From positions 2,914,001 through 2,978,000 of the forward strand of contig JAYWIR010000017.1 in the NCBI GenBank assembly GCA_036172245.1: a stretch of 64,000 nt of DNA, in the 5' to 3' direction. Positions within the stretch are counted from its first letter, which is position 1; each line of letters begins with the position of its first letter. The notes below the pieces were generated by a model. The model saw nothing but the letters and a program-made list of their open reading frames with translations, did not search any database and was not told where the DNA came from. Positions 35,095 to 46,649 of this stretch are shown one piece after another. Source of the DNA: Raillietiella orientalis. Its lineage: Eukaryota. The translations under genes were made by a program, and so were the position numbers.

Positions 35095-37310
35095 TGTGGT
35101 GGTGGTGGTGGAAGAGGAACAAGGAACACCGATGCTGGTTGCCTGGGAACATTTAAAGAAAACCGGAGCTCTGCCCTTTGTCACTCCCATTGGAGGTTCC
35201 GTTGCGGTAGCAGGGGGGGTCCCTCATCCCTACTCCTTTCGAAGAGCTGGTGAGGCCGGTAGCAGTGCAGAGGTCATCACCTAATGTGCGCTGCTACACC
35301 TCTACACTCGTGCCCGCCGGGTGTGCCGCGGGGTCTTTCCTCCTTTCCTCCCAGAGACCGGAAGTGCTCCTGCCTCCGCGGGTCGGAAGAGCGTGCTCAG
35401 AGTGGCCACCCCCTGCATTCACCGCGGTCGCCCCCGACGAAGCGGTCGCCGACTACGCCCAGTCGCGCTCTGCGGAAGAATTCTTGGGCTCCACGTCACG
35501 GCGCCGGGAGAAGACGGGTCCCTCCTGGCATCTCCCTCTCGGTCATTATGAATCAATTATGACGGGGGGAAGGTGGATGGCAGCTGAAAGGAACGCAGGG
35601 TCAAGCGTGAACCGTGAGTACCGTCGAAAAGTCAGCTGAAATGTCATCCGCCGCGATCTCTGTTTGCGCTGCTCCATCTGCTGTTTGAATAGCGGTCCCC
35701 TCGGCTCTCTCCCCACCCCAAAAAGGAGGGGAAGGGAGAGAGGGAAAAACAGAAAGAGAGAAAAGGAAGGAGCCGATGCCTGCGGGCGAACGAAACGCCG
35801 GGGCGGCACTCAGCTCTCCTCGGGATGAAGGACCGAACAGCATGGAGCCTTTTTGCCCAGACGTGTTGAGCCGCCATCCCGCCGCTTTCCCGGGGCTGAA
35901 GATGATCTCACGCGGAATGGGTCCCGGTCAAAAGCCAGTTCATGAAAATCCCCTTCCCCACCCCCCTGCCACCGTCCCCGGCGGCGAACAAAAGCGCGCT
36001 GAGTCCGCCCATCCCGCGCGAACGAACCATGCGGAAGGAGACGGACGGCCTTTTTCACAGGAAACATACGGGAGCCGTGAGCAGAGGCGTCGCCGGGCGC
36101 CCCTCTCTGCGGGAAGATCCGACCGCCCCCCAGGAGCAGAGGCCCTTTTGCGCGTTCCTCTGCGCCCGCGCCCTCGCGCACGCTGTGGGAGCGCCCCCTG
36201 CCGGTGCGAGCTGTCTCGCGACGGCCGCCGCCGCCGCCCACACGCGGCGCCGACCGCGAGCTCGAGGAGGCGGCACGGGACGGGCGGTCTCGTTGGATGG
36301 TCGACGGGTGACCCCCCGGATGGATGGTGGGAGGTTTTGTGCTGCAAAGATCTCCCGTGAGGAGGCACGGTCAGCGGTGATCCCGGTGTAGGGGATCTTC
36401 GGGAGGAAGAAGGCGAGCACCCGTTCCTCTCCCACCTCTTTCGGACGAGGGGGGGGGAAGCAGCTCGGATCGCAAGGTGACTCCAGAAGCGGTTTCCCGC
36501 TCGCAAGGCGATCGGCCCTCGGGCGTCCCCGAGTGCCTCTCGACCTTCGCTGAGGGCGCGGTGGCTGGAGTGAGAGATCTGCGCGGCAGCTCGGGAGGGA
36601 TGTTTCCGCCCCCCGGCAGGGAATGCGCTCCGAGGCGCCCAAATGTCCTGCGGGCCCTGGGAGGAGCTGTGGTTCTATGGCAACATCGCGCTACTGCCCA
36701 TGGGGTTTCGGGTTGGAGTCGCGCGGGGCTGCGGCCAGGGAGAAGGGCAGCTCCTCTCGGCTCCTTCCAGTGTTCCAGGGCACGCGCCAACGACGAGGTG
36801 GCTCCCCACATCCCTTCCTGGGAGGTGGTGAGCAGAAGGAGGGGGCGCATTCTGATGCGGTTGTGGTAAGGGATCTAGAAGGAAGGAGAAAAGACGAAAG
36901 GAGGGGGAGGAGGAGGGAGAGAGAAGGAAGAAAAGAGGAAGAGAGGAGGAGAGGAAAAAGGAGGAGGAAGGGACGAGCCACGTACTCCTGATCCTACTCC
37001 CTCGTTTTTCCCGAGACCCACCTTCCTGGATTGTTCGAGGTGAGACCCTGAACCACTACTGCTGCTGCCGCCTTGAGGAGGAAAACGGGAATACTGCGAC
37101 TCTGGGAGTCGGTCGAAGGATGCCTCCCTCTCCTTCCTCCCCTTAGAGAGGAACTGGCCTAAACCTATCCCGGGACCCCTCGGAGCCGTTTTCCTAGGCC
37201 CCTCAAGCGTCCCGAGAGCTCGCGCACTCGTCGCTACCATCGAGCCGGCGTATTTGGCGCTGCAGTGGTCACAGAGAGGGAACTCTAGCCGTCGCTCCTG
37301 GGGATCCATG

Positions 37311-38610
37311 CCCACGCTCACCTACTCCTCCTCCCATTTTCGTCTTCCCTCTTCTTTTTCAGGAGCGTCCCGGCAGCGACCCAGGGAAGGGGAGAAGGAA
37401 AGGAAGGACTTTCGGAAAAGCTCCCGCTGCAGGAGTCACCACGTCCGTTCCGGGTTTTCGAAGGCGCCTATCTCTCCCTGCTCCATTTTCCCCCACCCTC
37501 CCCTTCCTTGCCCGCTGCCTCCCTTTGGAGCTAAAGAAAAGAGGGGGGAATGCGCGCACCCTTCCCTCTCTGGCCTCCTCACGACCCATTCCCGGAGGCG
37601 GCTCGGGCTGGCTCGGGCCGGAAAGGGGGGGGGGGCGGCGCTCACGGGCAGAAACTCCTCCCCAGAAACCGGCTGCGTGAGCGCGCTGAGGAGTCGGACG
37701 GGTGGCTGCACTCCCCCCTGCGGCCGCTCCCGGACTCTGCGAGCCCCATGAGGGGAAAAATAAGGGTCGGAGAAAAAGGGGAAAGCGGCACTTTTGTTTT
37801 GTTTCTTTCCTTTTTTGCCCCCGGGATCCTCATGGCATCCCTCCTAGAGATTCCCTCTCCCTCGAAAACCCAAGGGGGATGGTCCTCCAGCGTCCTCCCC
37901 AAACATCTCCTCTCTTCCCCATCGTCCTATACAATTCCTTTGTTTCCGTGCGGGCGGGTCCAAGGGGGTCGCGCGGGGCGGAGATCGAGGGAGCGTGACC
38001 TTCTGGAACCGGGACCTCCTATGCGACCTCATGCCAGCGGGCAGTTTGGAGCTCCAGAGGTCCAAGCAGGGCGTGTTCGCGGGCGACGGCAGGAGGCCTC
38101 ACGGATCCCCTCCGACCCACCTGCGCCCGACCGGCGCTAGAGAGAAACTGCGAGCGCGTCAACGTCTGCTTCGACCCACGGGCGCCTCCTGCGTCTCGCC
38201 TCGAGGGGGACAATCACAGTCTCTCGTTGTCCACCCGGTGACTTGGTCGCGGGCGCTTCTTACTCGCGCGTGCGCAGCCGCCCGACCTCGCCGTCCGTCC
38301 GATTCCGTCGCTAGCGTGAGCTCGTCGCCCGAGCGATAACGACACGCGCACTCACCTCCCTCCCCATCCTGAGACTCGCTTTCCGGATCGCCGGGGAGCT
38401 TCCTTGCCCCCCCCCTTTCTCGTCCTGGGCCTGGGAAACGTGGGGAATCTCCGCCGCAGTTGCGAAGCGAGCCGGCTGCTGGACGGAGAAGAGCCCACGC
38501 TCAACTCTGCCCATTTTCGTCTACCCACTTCTTTTTCAAGAGCGTTCCGACAGCGACCCGGGGAAAAGGAGAAGGGATTGAAGGAAGGACTTTCTGAAAA
38601 GCCTGCTGGA
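37311..38610 (+). repeat. Diverged direct repeat pair of about 120 bp (37311-37430 and 38494-38610)
   Basis: cccacgctca...cccattttcgtct...cttctttttca.gagcgt.cc..cagcgaccc.ggga...ggagaagg...aggaaggacttt in both copies. Confidence 0.75.
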
Positions 38611-39899
38611 CGGCTGCCCAGCGGCTGACATCATGAGGCGCAAAATCGAAAGCCGTGCGCCGCCCCCAGGGCCTCGAGATCGGCTGCCCCTCCGATCCGG
38701 GTGGCGACAGGAAGTCCCCGGAAGAGGTCCAGCTAAATGGTCGGGGTGGCACCCACGTCGGGAGCTAAAAGGGAGCGGGGAGAGGAGCGGAGTGGATGAG
38801 GGCGGGGCGGGGCGGACAGGTTCCTCCCTCCAAGCTGGAGGGAGGGCAGGCATGGTGCAGCGTGGCCTGGACGCTCGCGGAAGCTACAGGGGCGGGGTGG
38901 GAGGCTCTCTCCCTTCCGCGCTCCTACCGAAGAGTGGCTCCGGAGGCCATGAGCCCTCGAGTTGCTTAGGCAACGGCTCCCGTCCTCCTTCTCCTCCTCT
39001 CGGGAGGGATCGAGGAGAAGGTGAGCTCCCTGACGGCTCTGAGAGGGACAGCGGGAAGGAAAATCTAGAGGGGCGGAAACCGCAGAACGTTTGCGGCAAG
39101 GGCGAGGGTGTGGGAGAGGCGCAATGCCGTCGTCCGGACGCAGGTAACCGAGAGCATCGGGGTGGGCGACCTTTCCCTAATCCGTTCTTTTTCGGGAGCA
39201 GACGATCCTGCCCGGAGGCACGTAGGAAACGTGAACGTGAACCCCGCCATCTTCCCCAGACACGTTGCCGGACTGTGGGGAGGGGGCGAGGAGCTGCTAG
39301 GATATGGAGCTGAAAGGGACAAGGGGAAGCGGGGAGAGACACGCGTCCCAGCAGGAGGCATGCGTTCGCGGTCGGGAACGGGCAGCGCTCCGGAAGGAGA
39401 TTTACTGGAATTCAGGCTGCCGGCGTCGAGGGAGACGAAGTGCCCGTCGTCGCGGCAAAGAGGGAGTTCGTTCCTCGCTTCGCTGCGGGTCTCTCATGGC
39501 GACAGGGTGCAGATCCTTCGGGCGACAGCGGCGTGGGTGGGTCGGGAGGAGGGCGTGTCCCAGAGAGAGGACGAAGGGTCGCTTCTCTGACGGGAGTCGC
39601 CCTCCCCAGCGGACGGAAACTTCCCTTGAGCGTCCCTCTGCGCAGGCTGACGGGCCCGCTAGGTCGGGGCCAGGACGGAGAGCTCTCGTCCCCGGAGGCA
39701 GAAGAGGAGGAGAAGGGTGTTGCCGAGGCAGAGGGAGGAGGAAGAGAGAAAGAGGGGGAGGGGGGGACGGAAAGACCTTCACCTCTTAACGGAGTCCGGA
39801 GGCGACGACGGAGATGAAGAGGCGCTCCGTGGGCTTTGCGCCTCTCCTGACTGCGGGATGAGATGGAAGGAACGCCCCAGGACGGCGGGAAGACTTCCT

Positions 39900-40500
39900 C
39901 GCCGATAGCGGGCATTCCTGATGCACCGGTAAAATATTCCGGAATATGTGAGCTCGCTTCCTAGGTCTCCGAGGCTCGAGTCGTTCGAATAGCCTTCCCC
40001 ATGCCTGAGGGAAGGGGATGCCCCCTCAGATGCGCGCAGGTCAGCTGCGGGCCGGGAAACATGATGCTCTTCGACCCTGGAAGAGCAGGCAGGAGAGCAG
40101 GCAGTGGTTTCCATCCCAACCTTCCGGTTGGCCAGAGGGACGAAGGGGAACGAAGGGAAGGGTCCCAAACAACATGCAAGAGGAAGGGCGGGGAAGAGAG
40201 AGGGGTGGAAGAAGGGAACACTTGGAAACACTGCAGCCCTGTCGGATGCTGCGATGTTGCCAAGTCCATCGCGCGAGGGGAGACGACGCAGCTCGGCCAC
40301 AAAACCTCGCCCCTTCCAAAATCCAGGCTGAGGTGGAAGAATTTTCATCGGGGCTCCCTCGGGAAGGGAAACTCCGATATCTCAGGATTCCTGGAGATCC
40401 CGGATGCCTCCATCTGTCGTCCTCTGCGACTACCATCTCGTCGTCATCTTGTGGCACGCTGAGGCTTTCGCGGGAACACGGAACGTGCATCTGCGGAGAA
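39900..40500 (-). mobile_element. Possible degenerate LINE RT fragment
   Basis: ILRYRSF, KILPPQPGFWKGRG (IL..Q.GFRKGR), ASEGASP; weak. Confidence 0.3.
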
Positions 40501-42479
40501 AGATGCTGCTCCCACTGAGGAGTCGAGCTTCCGGAACGTGCTTCGAGAATGCTCCAGAAGCTGCGGCAGGGAGGGAAGCGCGTCGCAGGGACGCTATAGC
40601 TTCCTGACTTCATCTTTCCTCCTGCTCAAGAGAAGATCCGTGCCTTCGCACCTTACCAGCCTGAATTATCGCCGGACGCCTTCCGGCACCAGAGAGAGCG
40701 GCAAGGGCAGGCAATATGGCCGCCGTCTCGCCCGACGAGGAATAGCTCCAAACCAAACTGGGAAGCGGAGTCAAAAAAAAAAAAAGTAGCCTCAGGGCAA
40801 TTGTCGAGAGTCTGGAGTCTCACCCCTTTTTCTTCCTCTGTGGGAGCGTCTTTCAAGGGCCCTGCGGATCCCGGAGGGAAACTCCGGGGACGACACCAAA
40901 CGCCTCTCCGTGCGCTGCCACCAGCCGCGCGCCTAGCAGCTACTACACTTTGATCTGACAGCAGCAGCTGACTCTTGTCTTCGCGGGATGGTGGCGGCAT
41001 GGAACGCGTACAGGAGAGAGGTCGGAACGGAAAAAACTACATCCACTGGGAGAAACTCTTCATCACTATCGCGGCGAGACGTCCCCGAGACCCGTGGACA
41101 AGAATCAGATGGAAATTGCCAGCATCCTTGAAAGGATGTAGACGACGCCAACTTCCCAAACCCCTACAGGGAATTTTCTCTACTTATTTTTATTGATTTA
41201 TTTTTTTTTGCTTGCCCCTTCGTTGACGAGGAGGTCCTCGCCGGTGGTCGTACCGGCTTCTCGGCAGGTTCCATGCTCTTTCAACGTGTTCGGTCGCCAA
41301 CGCCATCTGACTGCCCGTTGCTTTTACAATGAACGCCCTGGAGCAACCATACGGGAAACCTTCCCTCCTCTCCAGTCCCTTACCAACACAGATCCTCAGG
41401 AGTCATGATGACCACAGAGAGGGTCGATCCATTCCATCCCCCGTTTATTTATTCATTTATTCGCCTTTTCTCCTCACCTTCTTGCCTCCCCCCCTCTAGT
41501 CATTTCCCCAGTGACCTTTTCGCCTCGGATCTGCGGGAGTATGATCCTTTGCTCCTCCATTTTTTTCTTCTTTATTCATTCGAAATAAATGACCTAGTCT
41601 GCCGAGATGAGAAGGGAAGGTCAGCCGCTTCCCCAGGTGTGGACCACGAGAATTCGCTTTGTCCGGATGAGGAGGGATGGAAAGGATGACGAGTCCGCCG
41701 CCAGCAAATCCATCAGGAAGCACGGTGGTTGGTCGCAGTCATCGCCGCTCCTGATCCCCAGCTTCCGAACAACCACGGAGCACAAGAGATCCCTGCCCGA
41801 AGGGTGAACACGGAAAATCCCTGCTGAAGACACCGCATGCAACCAATCATTGAAGTTTTTGTAAGAAAAGGGGTTCGCAGCTTGTCACAGGGAGATGGGA
41901 GAGGAACCGGCATCCCAGCCAACTACTCGTCCGAGCTGTCAGAAAAGTCGAACGCACCGGCGGTTGCCGACGGAGGGCGCTTTCGAAGGAGGGACGCGCT
42001 GGGGCGAGTCTGCGTGACTCCACGATAAGGAGGGGGAAGGGAGGGGAGAAGAACTGCTGCTCCTGCTGTCTCGTTTTCTCAATCCTGCGGGAAGAGGAGC
42101 TCGAGACAAAAGACCCAGCTGCGGGGAGGGGGGGGGGGCAGTCCGGTTGGTGCCGAAAGGACTTTTACCGAGCTTCTCGAGACTGAAGTGTTCCCGCGGA
42201 GGAGACCTTCGTCCCGGGGCGGCCAGCATGTGTGCGCCGTCATGAATGCCCTACAGTGAAGATCGAATCGTCTCCTTGTTTTTTGCAGCTCCTGAAGAAA
42301 CCGTAATGCAACGCAGCTCGTGGCCTCCGCAAGGAGTCGGCGGGCCATTTTCGCGTTTTCGTGGTTTCGCTGCAGAGGGTCGTTTTGTCGTTGGTTCTTC
42401 GTGTAAGAGGAACATCTGCAAGCTCTAGACCAACCCCCCTTTCTCCTTTCCTGCAAAAAAAAAAAAAGAACGAAAAGAG

Positions 42480-43400
42480 CAAAACGGATAGCGGCGAGTT
42501 AATCCAGGGTCACCTTGTGCCGTCATCCAGGAAAAGGGCACTCCGTCTGTCTGGTGTCTGCTCCAGGAATGATCTCGTGCCAGACGAATGCCAGTTATGA
42601 CAGTGTACGAAACCTGCTTGGGATGCAAAGTTGGATCAACTCACTGCGAAGAATGGACCGAGGAAACCATCCTGAATTAGAAGCCTCCCTACAAACCGGA
42701 AACGGAACCGAAAGGGAACATCTTGCTTTGCTTTCATTTCTATTAAATGTCTCCCATCTTATCACGTAATTACAAAAAACAATGCCAATCCTTTATCAGG
42801 ACAAATGCTGGAAGGAGCTCGAACTTCGAACTCTGGCTACTTATAGATAAATAAAATCTTCCATAATTGAGATAGATCTTCGCTAGCAAGCAGCCAAGCA
42901 ATAGCTGAGAATGAAGCAACGAACATCCATTGATTATTCATTTTGTCCAGCTTCGCTCCACTTCTTCTTCCAAGGCGTATTCTACTGCGTCTTGAAAGGC
43001 TGAGCAGAATGACGATACATTATATTTATCTCGCATGATGCCATTCGTTTTTGGCCGAATGCGGTTTAACATCTAGCGCCGCGGTGATTTCGGGAACACT
43101 CGAGACCTCCTGCAGCAGCAGCGATGTCCCAGATGCAACGAGCGCGGCACCTACGTGCACAACACACGACCCAAAATTCTTAGGAGTGTTGAGTCCTCGA
43201 TGTTCCGCAAACACCTAAGTCGTGTACGAGGAAAGTCCAAATCTGAGACTGCTGCGCTCATCAGACGAGCGCATGAGCAAAAGCTTTCCTAGCTCAAAGG
43301 TCCGCCTTTTCGAAAAGTGTGTTTGCACAAACCTTCTTCCATCTTTTCCACTTTGCCTCTACCTCAGGACAATCGCGACGGGGGTTCCTTGGGTCAGAAA
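42480..43400 (+). mobile_element. Degenerate Jockey/I-like LINE RT fragment
   Basis: QNDDTLYLS (QFADD..LY), RMRFNI, PKFLGV at about 43170, MFRKHLSRVRGK, LRLLRS, KVRLFEKCV. Confidence 0.5.
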
Positions 43401-45049
43401 ACTGCCAGTTGCGGTTCCAGCGAGCCACACACTTCCTTCTTCCTGAATGCATGTTGCCAAGTATTTAAAGCCATGTACTCGAGTGAAATGATCTAAAGTT
43501 TGATCACTTGTTTGATTTCGATGATTTGGCAAACAAAAATGGTGGATACTTTTGAGACCTCGGACTTTTTACTCGCTACCCCTCAAGGAGCCGCAGTCCG
43601 ACCGGAGAGTGCATCAAGCGACCATCTAAGAGGGGGGGGGGGAGTCCAGAAGCATCCACTGCTAGAGGTGGAGTTTCCTGACTCTGTTTGCAAACTGGAA
43701 CCCCCTCCCCCCACCCTCTCCTTGTAGGTGAAAGTCGCCTGCAATATCAGAATCATTATGTGTTTGGCAACGTAGAAGTTCGTTTCCCTTCATCTCTGAC
43801 CGTGATGAGATGTAGAAGTTTTTCACTTTGAAAGGTTCAACACAATGTAGCGTTTCGGAAGCTGCGGGAGTGTCAGAGAGCAAGAGGCCTCTGGCATTTA
43901 CTCTGGCACGTGTATGTCCACCCGGCTGTTGAAGTCCTGTGAATACACCCAGAGCCATTCGCTCTGATCAAAAGTAAAAGGGGGTAAGTAGAGGTCCTGA
44001 AGATGTGAGGATGGCAACCGGTGAAAAATGAAGAAAGAGATACAGCTGATCTCTAAAGGATTGGAAGAGAAATGACGAGTGATTGGTTGGAGATGATTGC
44101 AGCACCATAAACCCAGCGCACCTTTGCTCAGTGCACAGAAGAACGGTGAACGGAAAACAACGAGCGAGAGCAAACAGGAGTAAAAGTAAGCAATCGGTTT
44201 GAAGAAACCTGGCACAGAATCCTTCTCAGATCATCTGGAGAGAATTTCCCCCCCCCCCCGCACAGAGGGAACAGTGTTTCATTAAACAGGTTTCCAGCTA
44301 TTTAGGAGAATGTCTTGGAATATGAGCGATCAACGATTGAAAAATATCTGGAAGGGTCTGTGAGGAGTAAGAATTTGTGTTTAATCGGGGAACAAGCTAG
44401 CAAACAAGTCAGTCTGACAAAGATTTCCAGGGTGACTCCATTCTGACACTCCAGAAAAGCCTGAACTTGGTGATCTTGATGACTCCGATAAGAAAAAGGC
44501 GAAAGCTCTAGAAAACGAAAGTGGTGTTGTCTAAAATGGTAGGAAACGAGGATTCTGAAATTTTCCCATACCTCAGCTCCGACAATCGAAAGACACAAAG
44601 GATTCTTCTGATTCCTCTAAATCCACCATAGATTCTTCACTGTGACATCAAATTCAACACTGCAAAAGACGAAATGTCTGGCCCAATTCTGTCCTTCCTT
44701 GCCGCCCGCCGATTAAATCAGCCTTAGCACAGGCAAAACGTCGCAGCGGCTTTCTGATCCCACCTCGTATCACTGATAAGAAAACCTCTGCAGGAGACAT
44801 TCCGAGAAAACTTTTGCCATGTCCCCGTCACAACTTTTCCATTTCTTGACCCTTACCAATTGAAACGCAGATCCACATCGTTTTCCGTTAATTGCTTTTC
44901 ATCAAAGTGATAACCTAAGAATCAATCTTAATTTAAATTTCCAAAGATGACCTCTTCCCTTCCTATCCGAAGAATCGTGAGCTTGGCGTTGCGATACAGC
45001 ATGCGCTTGTTCCGGGCCGCCGGAACACTGAGAGGCAGGACGGTTTGTC

Positions 45050-45690
45050 CGGGGACGCCTTCTGCTTCCCTGGGAACGTTCCCGAACCTCAGCTTCAGGT
45101 GAGAGTGAAATTCAGTTCAGTTTCAGGAAGATGTTACCGGGAGAAGTCAGCGTCCATGTTTTTGCGTGATGGGCTCGGGTGCGTATCCGCAACGACTTCT
45201 TCATCGCCAGGTGCCCAGGAACCACCGACTAGCTCTCCAAGAGATGTCCGTCCGAAGAAACTCCCCACTCTCTGGTCCACCGAGTGAGGCGAGCTCGCAG
45301 AAAACTCTCAAACGTTCCCGCCGCCGCTTCCGTTTTGCCCTCCTGGTGAAGTTTTCCAGCTAGGAATAATCGCGTTCCGGTAAACCCCGTAAGCTACGAT
45401 ATTGCCCTTGCACAAACCTCCTTAGGAGATTTGGATTCCTTAAGGAGCTTGCTGTCCTCGGGGCGTTTCTTTGCTGCTCCGCCGAGCTCAGTTCCTCTCA
45501 TTAGCCTACACGAAAGAAAAGGCAGCCTCCTGTGTTTTGCTTACCAGACGCCCAGTCAAAATTCAAGTGCGGCTTGATTTTTCCAGGACACGCAATACGG
45601 TGGTGAATCGCCCGAGATTGGACGACGAAATTTCCGAGCCCGGCGAAAACGGCGCTGCCAGATCTCGGAGAACCCGGCTTCTGGAAGTGT
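45050..45690 (-). mobile_element. Degenerate LINE RT fragment
   Basis: KFRRPIS..VLEK (NYRPIS..LEK), FESFLRAR..GVSS...SVVPG (FL..R...G.SS...GVPQG). Confidence 0.4.
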
Positions 45691-46649
45691 CCCTGTTTCC
45701 CTCCCTTCCCACATCCTTTTTTTTTTTTTTTTCCTTCTTTTTCCCAATTATGTGCTTTCTGCTGTCCTGTCTTCCCGAAAATCCACTCTTCGCGCTGGAA
45801 TCAGACCTCCACTCTCTCTGGCTTCTTGCTCTCCTGCTTAAAAGTCCGATTGCGTGAACCCCCTCGAAGAATGGTACTTATTTCGCTTCGCGCCTCTCTG
45901 CCGCTGGATTTTACGTTCGCTTTATTTTTATTTTTTTACCTTTTTTTCCTGTTTTCCTTGGAGTCGCATCGCAGCTTCGGAAATTCTTAAACACGCTGCC
46001 TGCAGCCCACTCCTGTTTACTCAACAAGGAGGCTCTCGCCTGCTTCATGCTCAGAGACCTTTTTGCAGTACGGTCTGCGGCTTTCTCTCTCTTGACAAAA
46101 GTACAACGTGCATGGTTTCTACAGAACACTTATGTGTATGTTTTGTGTTGAGCTTACAGAAAAGCACGGAATCTTTTTTTTTTATACCTCTGTACGTGGT
46201 TTGCACATGCAACGGGGAAACTAGGCAGCTGCAAGCATGGCGAAGCACGATCTCAGCACTGGAATTAATAACGCGATAAAAGAAATATGCCTTATTCATT
46301 ATTGCTGATTGCCAGCAACACCATCAATTATTGGGAAGTGCTGAAACACTGAAGTTAATTTTCAAGTGAGCGCTTGTAACAGCTAGAAGCACAGAGAAGT
46401 ACATGGAGCAATCATAGCACAGGCTGGATACACGCAACGGCAATCAGAAGATTGAGAGATAAACAACACTCATTAGGTCCAGAAATAACGTCTGTGCTTT
46501 TTGGTTAATTAAGTCCTCCGGAAATAATTTCCTCTTTTTGCGCTGCTGAAAGTGCTTTCGGGTGTTCTTAACTCATTCCTGCAGGCAGTGGTACAGACGC
46601 AAGAATACCTTCGTAAGAAGAAGGGGCAAGGAACAAACTAATAACGATG

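Noticed and set aside
34546..35253. Low-complexity ORFs (poly-S/P/L, poly-E/G/R)
   Set aside because: Translations of the purine minisatellite.
151..41000. Numerous 150-415 aa ORFs in the six-frame track (e.g. 20381-21628, 29036-30133, 24575-25648, 27778-28779)
   Set aside because: Arg/Pro/Ser/Gly-rich, overlapping on both strands and without domain motifs. This is expected from GC-rich intronic or intergenic DNA, or antisense to real exons.
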